Source of the DNA: a virus
Strand: one strand, 5' to 3'
Length of the DNA stretch: 64,000 nt
Virus record (IMG/VR): IMGVR_UViG_3300005096_000058
Coordinates: 1-64,000 of that record
Part shown: positions 37,896 through 46,669 of the stretch, piece after piece
How the letters are laid out: every line of letters starts with the position of its first letter
Position numbering within the stretch: position 1 is the first letter of the stretch
The notes under the pieces: model-generated
Told to the model about the DNA's origin: nothing
The model's database searches: none
Seen by the model: only the letters and a program-made list of their open reading frames with translations
Translations under genes and position numbers: made by a program

Positions 37896-40184
37896 TTAAG
37901 ACCCCATGAACGAGCCGGTGTCGAGGCTGAAGACGCCTGCAACCGAATCAAGGTAGGTGAGGGGGGCACCGTCCAACAAGACTTCATCGCCCGTTGCGGC
38001 CAAAGTCCCCTCGCAAGCGTCGTCGGCGTTGATCAAGCTGCTGCCGTTCTGAAGAACGAAGGCGTCGACGACGGTGCCGGTGACGGTTGCGCCCGGATCG
38101 AAGAATACGGCGATGCCTGGTAGGTAATCGAGCCCAACCGAAGGTGCCACGAAGGCTGTGGCTTGAGTTCCCAGGGTGTAGTCCGAGTTCGCCAGGTTGA
38201 TAGAGTTTTCCCCGGCGTATCTAAAACACGCACCCCCGACGACACGGAAATCCATATCACCAACAAATCCGAGCAGGCATCCGTAATCCAATGTAACGGG
38301 TACCTCACAAAAATTATTGCCTATGCGACCAGGACCGCGAACTTGTACCGTTCCCCCCGCGGCGTGAAGACCCTCGATCCGCGCCACCTCGCCAGAAATC
38401 TTGGCCGATGAAAACGTAGCGACGATCTGGTTTGCGCCTGTGGCCCCCACGTGCCCGTGAAGCAGACAATCCTCGAAACGGCCAAACCCACGATAATCAC
38501 AGGCCAAGAATGTGACCCCGACCATTCTAGCAGTGCCAACCCCAAAGTTCGCCTCGAAACCGATGATGCGGACACCTAGCCCCCAACGGTTGGTCCTGTT
38601 TCCTCCGTCCAAATACGGGGAGTTTGGGACCGGTGGACCAACAAAGTTTAGAATTATCGTCCTTGGGTACACCGACGCAGTCCCGCCAAAAAGCGCAAAG
38701 CGGTCCGCAATGCGTATAGCTGGTGAGACGCTTGGGATAATGTTGGGATAGTACGTCGTGTATGGCGCGCCAAAAGCAGAGACGTCCTCCTCAAGCCAAA
38801 AATCGCCGGCCGTTATACCCGCGTGCAGCCCGAAGTTCGGGTCTTCAAATTGCGTGGCGAAGTTTGGGTCAGCAACAAAAGCAGGAACCGCGTTGGTGAC
38901 CACGGGTGCGCTACGGTCGGCGATGATGTCAAGATGGCCGATACTGCCAAATTGTGGTTGAGGGAAGTTCGATCGATTGATTGCGAGCCCACTCGTGCGC
39001 ACCTCTATCACGTGGTGCCCGACAAACTGGTTAGGAATCGCGTTGATGGCGTCGTCAAGCTCTTGCTGCGTGGTGACGATTGTTAGCGAGGGCGACGCGG
39101 GCTCCGGTTGGGCCGCCAGTTGGTCAAGCGCCTCTTGCACGTTCACCGGGTCGGGGTCCGTCCAGGCGCCTGGCGTTGTAGGCGTAAAGCCCACGCGCGC
39201 AGCCAGCCCGCCGTAAAACACGTTGACCGTCCCAGCGAACAGCTGCGCTGGATCGTCGGGATTAAAACTGGCGCTTGATTCTTGCGGGAAAATGAGCAGC
39301 GTCCCGAGCCCTATTGCCGTTCTGTTCCCAAAGACCGCACCGCTGGCAATCAAGACAGTCCCCGAGGCACCGGCAGCGATCTCCCATAACGCTTGCAGTG
39401 CGTTAGCGAAATTCGTGCTGACGCCTTTCAGGAAAATTGTTTGGAACCCTGCGGTGACCTCAATAAACGGCGCGCCGCCCTCTGCCCGAACCAGACAATT
39501 GCTGAGGAAAAGTTCGTCAAAAACCGGCGAGGTCATCACTGGTGCTGTGGAAAGGCTTGTCAAGGTGAACTGCTGTCCGCTAACTCCGCTGATCCTTGGC
39601 TTATTGGAGATGGTGGCGCCATCAGCAAAATTAAGAGTCTGTGACTGTGGTGCGACCTCAATGTTGATCAACCCACCGTCAAAATCATAAGCACCCGCAG
39701 GGATCGTTGCAGCATTTCCCGTCAGCGATCCGTCGACAACGATGGTCCTTTTCCCTTCTACGTTTTGCACCGCCGCCCACAGCAACGTGAAATCCGCGTA
39801 GACGTTCGCCGCTGTCGCTCCTCCTGGGCGGAAGACGAAAGACTGGGGCTCAGGGCGGGAGGCGAGCTGATCAAGAGCCCCCTGCACATTCGTTGGGTCT
39901 GGGTCAACCCAATTCCCGGGCATCGTTGGTACATATGCAACGTCAACAGCAGCGGGGGTGGAGTCTTCGCTGTCAGGAGTCCAAACCGCTGGTCCGAGGC
40001 TGACCAACCGATAGCGGGTCAGCGTCTCGTCCACGAACACCTTCCCGCCGACGCGCACCACTTCGCCCTGTGTAGCAGGGGCCACCAGCCGGTCGCGATC
40101 TGTGAGCAGGGGGACGTGGATCACAAACGGGATTCCCGCTGAGGGGGATGTCCAACCAAACTCTTCGGGGACGGTGATAGCCAC
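37896..40184 (-). CDS. fibre/spike-like protein with internal repeat
   Basis: Two copies of PT.PG.W.DPDP.NVQ.ALDQLA..PEP separated by beta-rich domains. Confidence 0.6.
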   Translation of the reverse strand: MAITVPEEFGWTSPSAGIPFVIHVPLLTDRDRLVAPATQGEVVRVGGKVFVDETLTRYRLVSLGPAVWTPDSEDSTPAAVDVAYVPTMPGNWVDPDPTNVQGALDQLASRPEPQSFVFRPGGATAANVYADFTLLWAAVQNVEGKRTIVVDGSLTGNAATIPAGAYDFDGGLINIEVAPQSQTLNFADGATISNKPRISGVSGQQFTLTSLSTAPVMTSPVFDELFLSNCLVRAEGGAPFIEVTAGFQTIFLKGVSTNFANALQALWEIAAGASGTVLIASGAVFGNRTAIGLGTLLIFPQESSASFNPDDPAQLFAGTVNVFYGGLAARVGFTPTTPGAWTDPDPVNVQEALDQLAAQPEPASPSLTIVTTQQELDDAINAIPNQFVGHHVIEVRTSGLAINRSNFPQPQFGSIGHLDIIADRSAPVVTNAVPAFVADPNFATQFEDPNFGLHAGITAGDFWLEEDVSAFGAPYTTYYPNIIPSVSPAIRIADRFALFGGTASVYPRTIILNFVGPPVPNSPYLDGGNRTNRWGLGVRIIGFEANFGVGTARMVGVTFLACDYRGFGRFEDCLLHGHVGATGANQIVATFSSAKISGEVARIEGLHAAGGTVQVRGPGRIGNNFCEVPVTLDYGCLLGFVGDMDFRVVGGACFRYAGENSINLANSDYTLGTQATAFVAPSVGLDYLPGIAVFFDPGATVTGTVVDAFVLQNGSSLINADDACEGTLAATGDEVLLDGAPLTYLDSVAGVFSLDTGSFMGS

Positions 40185-40185
40185 G

Positions 40186-41004
40186 TTAAGCCAAGCCTTG
40201 GAAGGGTACGCCGCCCGGCGCTTCCTGTAAGAGGTTCGATCGCATCACACGGCAAAGCATAGTGCCGTTGGGGATGGACATCACCAAGCCCGTCTGGACT
40301 TCGGACATGCCCCCGGGAAATCCAGACGTTCCGATGATATACTGGGTTGGGACGCGGGGACCCAACGAATCGATGAACACGTGCACGAGATAGGCCCCAC
40401 CGGGCGGATTGGTGGGGTTGATGGTGAGGCTGAACGCAGCGTTGCCTGTCAATGCTGCCGTGAGTTGGTTGCCCGCGAGGACGTTGGCTTCCGTGTAAGG
40501 GCCTGGGTTGATCGTCCAGAAGACAAAATGGCGGCTTTGAAAAACCAGCGTTCTATTTGTGGAATCAGGATCGACTCCGTCCGTGGCGTCGCCTTGGAAC
40601 ACCACCTGATCAGGTGCCATCTTCTGGAAATTGTAAGGGTGGACCACCGAAAGGAACGGGGACACCATCGGGGTGGAGGGGTTACCGTCGTTGTCGCTGA
40701 TTGAGGCTGAGGTGGGAGGGCCGTTGTTGTAGCTCATACCGATCGTCGGGCTGGCGACAATGGTGCCAATCTCCACCGGGGTTGTGGGGCCCGTGATCCC
40801 CGCGATGCTGAACACACCCGGGTCAGGGCCGCAGGCGATTGCCGGCACCACCACGTCCAGATTGGACCGGGCTTGCAGCTCCACTTCCAGCACGCCTTGT
40901 GGATCGAGCTCCACTTCTAGGTTTCCCGTGACGATGATCTGCTGCGTGATCGCCCCGGATGGGGGGCAGATGGCCGCATGAGTAGATCGCGCAAGGAGGC
41001 CCAT
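40186..41004 (-). CDS. hypothetical structural protein
   Basis: 272-aa beta-rich ORF tightly packed in the operon. Confidence 0.55.
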   Translation of the reverse strand: MGLLARSTHAAICPPSGAITQQIIVTGNLEVELDPQGVLEVELQARSNLDVVVPAIACGPDPGVFSIAGITGPTTPVEIGTIVASPTIGMSYNNGPPTSASISDNDGNPSTPMVSPFLSVVHPYNFQKMAPDQVVFQGDATDGVDPDSTNRTLVFQSRHFVFWTINPGPYTEANVLAGNQLTAALTGNAAFSLTINPTNPPGGAYLVHVFIDSLGPRVPTQYIIGTSGFPGGMSEVQTGLVMSIPNGTMLCRVMRSNLLQEAPGGVPFQGLA

Positions 41005-41009
41005 GGGAT

Positions 41010-42767
41010 TTAGAGCTCCTCGACGAAGTGCATAGCGATCAGCGTGTCCGTTGCGGTGACCCCCGTGTAATCAGCTTGGGCTCGCCAGCGTTTGATTTCC
41101 CCGTCAGCATCGTCAGCAGCATTGGGCGCTGCACGCGCTGCAATGGCCGCAGCAGCGGTAGCAAACTGACGGCGGCGGAAGGTGCGTGGCTGGCCTGGAG
41201 GAGCGCCCACGAACACATAAAGGTCGTCCACCACATCTTTACCCGCGAAAGCAGCCGCGGCTGCTAGAGAGCCTCCTACGGAGCCGGTGGTATTGTTGCT
41301 GTTTTGGTCTGTGCCCAAGATTTCCGAAGCAATGGCCTGCCGTTCTGCGAGCGTGAGGGTCTTGGCTGCGCTCACGAGTTCGTCGAGGTTGTCCAAAAGG
41401 AGCGCGCGGGCGGAGGTGTACCCTTGGGCTGTGAGGGCCGCTTGAGCAGCCGTCTGGACATCCCCTGTGCTGACATCGTTGAGGAGCACTGCCGTTGCTG
41501 CCGGCACTCCAGACACGGGCGCGTTGAGGTTGTCGAGGTTGGGTGCCCGTGCCGCCGTGTATCCTTGGGCTGTGAGAGCGCTTTGTATGTCAGCCGAAGA
41601 CAAGTTTTCTAAAGACGTGACCAGTGCTTGGGTAGCGGTATGGGCAGCTTGCTGCAGCGCTTCGTCCGCAGGGCCAACCGGTAATCTCCCGTCCACGGCC
41701 GCCGTCTCTAGTGCGACTTGGTTGTCCCTAGACCGATCAGCCGCAAGATACCCCACTTCGTTGCTGTCCACGACGTGCGTGCTCTTGTCGACGTTGTTGG
41801 TATTGCCCCCTTCAGCCCACGATAGGAAAAAATGCAGCCCTTCGAGGACGTCGCTGGCAGCCACGCTGAACGTGACGAGGTACCGGCCTGGGCCCAAATT
41901 GATCATTGAGGTGGCACTCAAGCGCCCATCCCGGTCACCAGCAGCCCCTCCGAAAGATGTGGCCTGCACCGTGACGCCCGCGTCTGCGTTAACGGGCAAA
42001 CCCTGATCATCCTTCAGATTGAAGTAGATCTCGTGCAGCGTCGTGCCAACTTCAGGGCGCTCCAGGATGGGGATCGACACCTTGAACCGGGTGATGTTTT
42101 CGAAATTGTCGATGTCCGTCTGGATGAGATCGCGAGCCACACGGGCGGCCTGCAAGCCATCTGTGCCGCTCACAAAGCCCCCGCCGGCCAGTGCTACCAA
42201 AGTTGGTCCACCGACGCCTTGTAGCGCTGTAGTCTGCGCGACAAGATCAGCTTGGGTCTGATCATGCTCCGCGACCAAGACAGCCTGCCGCGCAATGGCC
42301 TCCGCCGCAGTTTCGATCAGCGCCACCTGTGCGTTGAGGTTGGCCGACACTAAAGGCTGCATGCTCGCCGTATCTGCGAGAATGGCGGAGACGTCGCCGG
42401 CCGGGGCAGGGTCGAACGCATTTTCCGAAATCAAAATCGTCTCGGCCGTGGTTCCCGCCTTCCCACCTGAATACGTGTATTTGACGACGACAAACTCTTC
42501 GTTGGCTGCGAAATCAGTAGACGCTAGGTCGAAGCCGCTGGCGCTCCGATAGAGGCCCGGTGCGTTCGTAGCGTCAAGCTCTGCAATCGGCGTTGTGGGG
42601 GTTGCTGGCACGCCGGGCGCCTTGAAGAGGTTGTCGGAGAAATCAAGCTGGTCGCCGCTAATAGCCTCGTAAATCTCCGCGACCACGACCAGCCCCGTCA
42701 CACCGCCGTTTTTATTGACGGCCAAGACAAGGGGGATGTCAGTTTGGTTTCGGTCGGCGCTCAGCAT
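41010..42767 (-). CDS. hypothetical structural protein (fibre-like, repeated ALTAQGYT.ARA..LDNL)
   Basis: 585 aa; two Ig-like segments (PG.Y) and an internal helical repeat. Confidence 0.6.
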   Translation of the reverse strand: MLSADRNQTDIPLVLAVNKNGGVTGLVVVAEIYEAISGDQLDFSDNLFKAPGVPATPTTPIAELDATNAPGLYRSASGFDLASTDFAANEEFVVVKYTYSGGKAGTTAETILISENAFDPAPAGDVSAILADTASMQPLVSANLNAQVALIETAAEAIARQAVLVAEHDQTQADLVAQTTALQGVGGPTLVALAGGGFVSGTDGLQAARVARDLIQTDIDNFENITRFKVSIPILERPEVGTTLHEIYFNLKDDQGLPVNADAGVTVQATSFGGAAGDRDGRLSATSMINLGPGRYLVTFSVAASDVLEGLHFFLSWAEGGNTNNVDKSTHVVDSNEVGYLAADRSRDNQVALETAAVDGRLPVGPADEALQQAAHTATQALVTSLENLSSADIQSALTAQGYTAARAPNLDNLNAPVSGVPAATAVLLNDVSTGDVQTAAQAALTAQGYTSARALLLDNLDELVSAAKTLTLAERQAIASEILGTDQNSNNTTGSVGGSLAAAAAFAGKDVVDDLYVFVGAPPGQPRTFRRRQFATAAAAIAARAAPNAADDADGEIKRWRAQADYTGVTATDTLIAMHFVEEL

Positions 42768-42771
42768 TTTG

Positions 42772-43974
42772 TCAGCTTACCCCAACGCGGCGGCGTCGAT
42801 AAGTCACGTCAAGGCGGGGCGGGGTGTTGCTCGCGTGCACAGCAGAGCGCCAGACGCGATTGGGCGTCCCGCCACCGTTGAGGATCGTGGTAATCGCGAT
42901 GCCGAGGTCTTCGCCATAATTTGGATCGTTGACTTGATCCTGCACGAGCTGCGACACGTCAGGGGTGACGTGGTTTTGCCCGGCAAAATTGAAAGCGGCG
43001 GGTACCCACGGCACGCTGACTGATGACGGAGAATTGTTGAATGCAACGAACGCGTCAACATTCCCGGGGAAGTTCTGCCAATCAAGCCCGATGCCTTCGC
43101 CGAAGTGCATCAGGCGGCCGGCTGACAGGAACGTGTTTTGATGCCGCATCGCAATCCAGGCGGTGTTGTTGATCGCATAAGCATCTGGGACGATGACGAG
43201 AAAATAATCTGCGGACGGGGTGAGGACGATCTGATCAGCGCCCGTGAATTGAAAGGTTTCATTTGCGCCCGCCGCAGCCGTTGTTAACCCGTCCATTGAA
43301 AGATCGTTTGACGTCGCCAACGGTCCGCTGATGTCGTCGGGAACAAGAGTCACGCCGTCAGAATCTAAGATTGCGGCGTAGATGTGGACGCGGACATTCC
43401 CGATCGGTAAGCCTTGTCGGTAGAGTAAAAGCGTTGCGTTTAGGATCTGCGTGTTGCCAGCCGCCGGCACTGTAAAGCCTTGTGCCATCCGTTCACGGTG
43501 TCCGCGGTTTGGTGTCGCGACGACGGCGTATGGTGATGTTGACGCTTGGATCTGACGCATAATCCAAAACGCGTTATCGGCTGCGCCCGTCGTGGCGATG
43601 GTGCCAAAAGTCGTGTTGAGGAGGACCATACTCGCGTTTGACCATTGGTCGGGACGCCATCCGACAAAGTGGGTTAGCGGCGAAAGTAGCGGGCGGCGAA
43701 TCAGCGACGCGTCGCGGGCCACCGTGTTGAGGTTCGTGGTGAACACGCTCCCGCTTGGTTGGTACGCCGTCACACGCATAACGGCAGACTCGATGATTGC
43801 GCCACGCGGAATTCCAGCGTCGAAGATGTTGACCGTCGAGCCCTGTAAACCCAGAAAGAAATTGCCGGCGATTTGACGCTGGTCAAAGAGCCAGGTGGTG
43901 TTGGCCCCTTGAAAGGCGTGGCTCCAAATCCCCCAATTGCTGCCTGGGATCGGTACCGAAGCCGACGTGATCAC
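42772..43974 (-). CDS. DNRLRE/CBM-like domain protein with an inserted beta-sandwich
   Basis: IP.GA.I.SA.M...DVS.LVQ.......GI.I....W.S......PRL.VTY. Confidence 0.5.
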   Translation of the reverse strand: MITSASVPIPGSNWGIWSHAFQGANTTWLFDQRQIAGNFFLGLQGSTVNIFDAGIPRGAIIESAVMRVTAYQPSGSVFTTNLNTVARDASLIRRPLLSPLTHFVGWRPDQWSNASMVLLNTTFGTIATTGAADNAFWIMRQIQASTSPYAVVATPNRGHRERMAQGFTVPAAGNTQILNATLLLYRQGLPIGNVRVHIYAAILDSDGVTLVPDDISGPLATSNDLSMDGLTTAAAGANETFQFTGADQIVLTPSADYFLVIVPDAYAINNTAWIAMRHQNTFLSAGRLMHFGEGIGLDWQNFPGNVDAFVAFNNSPSSVSVPWVPAAFNFAGQNHVTPDVSQLVQDQVNDPNYGEDLGIAITTILNGGGTPNRVWRSAVHASNTPPRLDVTYRRRRVGVS

Positions 43975-44399
43975 GACGACACCAGGACGACACGGACGGT
44001 TTGCACCGGGTCATCTGGATCTTGGGCGGCGGTCTCGAACCCAACGACGCCGGCAAGAACAGCCGACACAACCTCCGGCGTACTCGCAACCAAAAGCTCG
44101 CCCTGAACGTCGACGACATTGCCGACCTGTGCGGTGACGACGACGTTGTAGAGCGCGGCAGCGCCCATAACCACCGCACCACCTGTTGAGGTGATAAGCG
44201 CTTGCATGCTCGGTGCACCATCGCCGACGAGGACAAAACCGTCGCCGGTACCGTCAGGAAAACCAAACTTAACAATACCCGCTTCGAGCAAAGCGGCCTG
44301 ACACGCAGCAAGTTGATCTGGGTGGAGAATTCTAAAGTCGTGCAACTCCGCCAGTTGTGGGTTGCCTAGCGCGGTCGTCTGGAAGATCGGGAATTCCAT
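43971..44399 (-). CDS. hypothetical protein
   Basis: Coupled ORF (TGATG and GTGA overlaps). Confidence 0.55.
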   Translation of the reverse strand: MEFPIFQTTALGNPQLAELHDFRILHPDQLAACQAALLEAGIVKFGFPDGTGDGFVLVGDGAPSMQALITSTGGAVVMGAAALYNVVVTAQVGNVVDVQGELLVASTPEVVSAVLAGVVGFETAAQDPDDPVQTVRVVLVSS

Positions 44400-44800
44400 C
44401 AGCTTTCATCGCCATCGATCGTCACAGAAAAAGAAAGCGGTCGATTGAGTAGCGTCGTCACCGCGGTCAGCTCCAACCAAACCCAAGAGTTAGCCGGAAT
44501 CGAGGCATTGTCAAACGTGGTGATCACGTGGCCCGTGGTGGTGTGCGCCGGGGTCGCGGCCGTGGTGGTACTTCCTGCGTTTACGATCGCCGTCCCCGTC
44601 GCATCGCGGTTTGGACCAAAACGCAGTCTCCAGGTGACCAACGGCGTGCCCGGTGGTGCGGACGGAAGCCGCAGGATCGACGTCAGCTGCCTGACCGTGA
44701 TCGGCTCGCGCGTGTAGAAGCTTGGATCGTCGTCGTTGACAATAGGGTTCTCAACGAACAACGCCTTGCTAAAAGCTAATGGTAGGTCAACGGAGGCCAT
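44399..44800 (-). CDS. hypothetical beta-sandwich protein
   Basis: Coupled ORF; IPANSWVWLE. Confidence 0.55.
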   Translation of the reverse strand: MASVDLPLAFSKALFVENPIVNDDDPSFYTREPITVRQLTSILRLPSAPPGTPLVTWRLRFGPNRDATGTAIVNAGSTTTAATPAHTTTGHVITTFDNASIPANSWVWLELTAVTTLLNRPLSFSVTIDGDES

Positions 44801-44809
44801 GTCGGAGTT

Positions 44810-45094
44810 TTAACCCTTCCGGTGGGTCACCAATAACGTCGACGTGGACGTACCGCCAACGCCCTTCACCCAGACACCGCGGTCCTCTAGGGGGCAGTTG
44901 AACGTCTCGCCAACCGCTACCTCCCAGAAGTTGACGTCGTTGGTGAAGTCGTCTTCAGTGAAGAACAAGCGGACAGGGAAGGCGGCCACGCGTTGTAGTT
45001 TGACGACAATGGAGAGAGCCTCAAACGGGACGAAACGCCCGGTGGCGTCGATGCTGAGGTCGCGTATGCGTGGGATGCCACTTCGTAACTGCAC
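44810..45094 (-). CDS. hypothetical protein
   Basis: GTG start with AAGGA SD; 94 aa. Confidence 0.5.
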   Translation of the reverse strand: MQLRSGIPRIRDLSIDATGRFVPFEALSIVVKLQRVAAFPVRLFFTEDDFTNDVNFWEVAVGETFNCPLEDRGVWVKGVGGTSTSTLLVTHRKG

Positions 45095-45187
45095 GGGTTT
45101 CGTCCTTCTGGTGCTTTGCTCGCAAAGAAACCGTGAAGCTACAGGCTCACGCCCATAGCTTCAAAGCCCCCGCCATCAGCCCAAAGC

Positions 45188-45532
45188 TTATTCGCCAGCT
45201 TGGTCGCTGAAACGACCCACCACCAAAAGGTGATGCACCTCAGCCGCGGCTCCCCCGAGTACACTGAACCCGGTAGGAGTGATCGTGCTTTCATCAACTG
45301 TGGTACGGGCTGCCGTCTCACCCGCTGTGATGACGACGTAATCCGTGTCGAACATGGTCTTGAGCCCTAAAGCCACCAAGTCGACCACAAGCGGTGCGGC
45401 GCCGACCTGCGTGACCTTCACCGCCTGCATGCTCACACCAGATTTGTGGGCGGCGACCAAGTAGTCCATCCCCTGTTCTTTGAGGGGAGGGAGGAAGTTG
45501 CTCAGCTTCTTCGGGGTGGCGGTTGCGGACAT
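45188..45532 (-). CDS. putative capsid decoration protein
   Basis: AGGAG SD; small beta protein (YVVI...T.TGFSV) two genes after the MCP. Confidence 0.45.
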   Translation of the reverse strand: MSATATPKKLSNFLPPLKEQGMDYLVAAHKSGVSMQAVKVTQVGAAPLVVDLVALGLKTMFDTDYVVITAGETAARTTVDESTITPTGFSVLGGAAAEVHHLLVVGRFSDQAGE

Positions 45533-45584
45533 GGTGATCTCCTAAGAACGTCTGGACGTTGAGTAAAGCTTTGGCGTCTTCACC

Positions 45585-46550
45585 TCACTCGTCGGGGAAC
45601 ATCTTTTTGACGATGCGCCCGACGAGAGTTTCAACGCCGATGTTGGGAGCGTACTTCACCTCGTAGGCATCGGCCATTTTCTTGAGAAACGCGATCGGCA
45701 TATCCGCAGTAGGCTTCGGCCAGTTGCCAGACTCCTCGTACACGGACGCGTCATATCCAGACGCCGCAGCTTCTTCGGCAGCAAGGGCCTCGGCCTCCTG
45801 GGAGGCTTGTGCCTCCTCAGCTGCAAGCTGCTCAGCCTTCGCGGCTGCCTCAGCGCGCTGAGCATTCTCGGCCTCTGGGATGGCGCTGGCGCCCTCAGGC
45901 AGGAGCGTCAACGCGGCGGCGCGTAGGTCGTCCTCAGAATGGTAACCGCTTTGCGCTTCGGCCTGGTCAAGCTCGAAAGCGGCGGCGAGAATTGCGGGCT
46001 CAGTGATCCCCATCTCTTTCGCCAATGCTTTGAGCACAGCTTTTGAGTAGCTGCCGAAGGGGGTACTGATCTCGTCGTCAGTCTTGGCCACCACGGGCAC
46101 AGTGGCTGCTACCGCGGCGGCTTGGCGCGCGAGCTTGCTGTGCTGCGGAGCGCCCCCACCAGGTTTGATGTCGGCGTTGCGTGCGACATGGGCAGCTCGC
46201 GCCTGGTTGAGTTGATCGACATTGAAATTGTAGCCGTTCGCGTTCGCGACGGTCTTCAGGAGCTCGGAGAAGGTTTGGCACACCTCGCACTGCGCTTGCA
46301 GGGCTGGCTGGGCTGCCACCAACTGCACAAACGCTTTGGCGCTTGAGATCGAGGGTTTGGGGACGGTGGGGGTGCCCCGACGCGTGGCCTTCGTCTGGAT
46401 GACATCTTCGGTCCAGCCACAAGCTAAAGCCTTGTTGGCATTGACCTCGTCCTCAACGTCGATACACAAGTCAGCTCCGACTGCGTACGACGTGCCGTTG
46501 ATGTCGATGGATTTACCCTTCAAGTGCGCGGAGCGTGTCTGGAGCAGCAT
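45585..46550 (-). CDS. hypothetical protein with Nif11-like and C-terminal Rho-N/HeH-like domains
   Basis: SAKAFVQLVAAQPALQAQ...ANANGYNFNVDQL; C-terminal LKKMADAYEVK......TLV.RI; start ATG 46550. Confidence 0.55.
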   Translation of the reverse strand: MLLQTRSAHLKGKSIDINGTSYAVGADLCIDVEDEVNANKALACGWTEDVIQTKATRRGTPTVPKPSISSAKAFVQLVAAQPALQAQCEVCQTFSELLKTVANANGYNFNVDQLNQARAAHVARNADIKPGGGAPQHSKLARQAAAVAATVPVVAKTDDEISTPFGSYSKAVLKALAKEMGITEPAILAAAFELDQAEAQSGYHSEDDLRAAALTLLPEGASAIPEAENAQRAEAAAKAEQLAAEEAQASQEAEALAAEEAAASGYDASVYEESGNWPKPTADMPIAFLKKMADAYEVKYAPNIGVETLVGRIVKKMFPDE

Positions 46551-46588
46551 CTGATTTCTTCCTTGTTTCGGGGGAAACGATCGGCCCC

Positions 46589-46634
46589 AAAAGAAGAAGG
46601 GGCGCGCGACCATCATAAGTCGTACACCCCTTCT
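46589..46634 (-). terminator. intrinsic terminator after the major capsid gene
   Basis: GAAGGGGTGTACGAC-loop-GTCGCGCGCCCCTTC followed by TTCTTTT on the minus strand. Confidence 0.65.
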
Positions 46635-46669
46635 ATTCCAGACACCCGGTCCCCGCTAGGGGTTAGGCG

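Noticed and set aside
45092-45185. Hammerhead ribozyme (CTGATG...GAAAC)
   Set aside because: The core reads CTGATGG rather than CTGANGA and the stems do not fit the topology; kept only as a structured leader.
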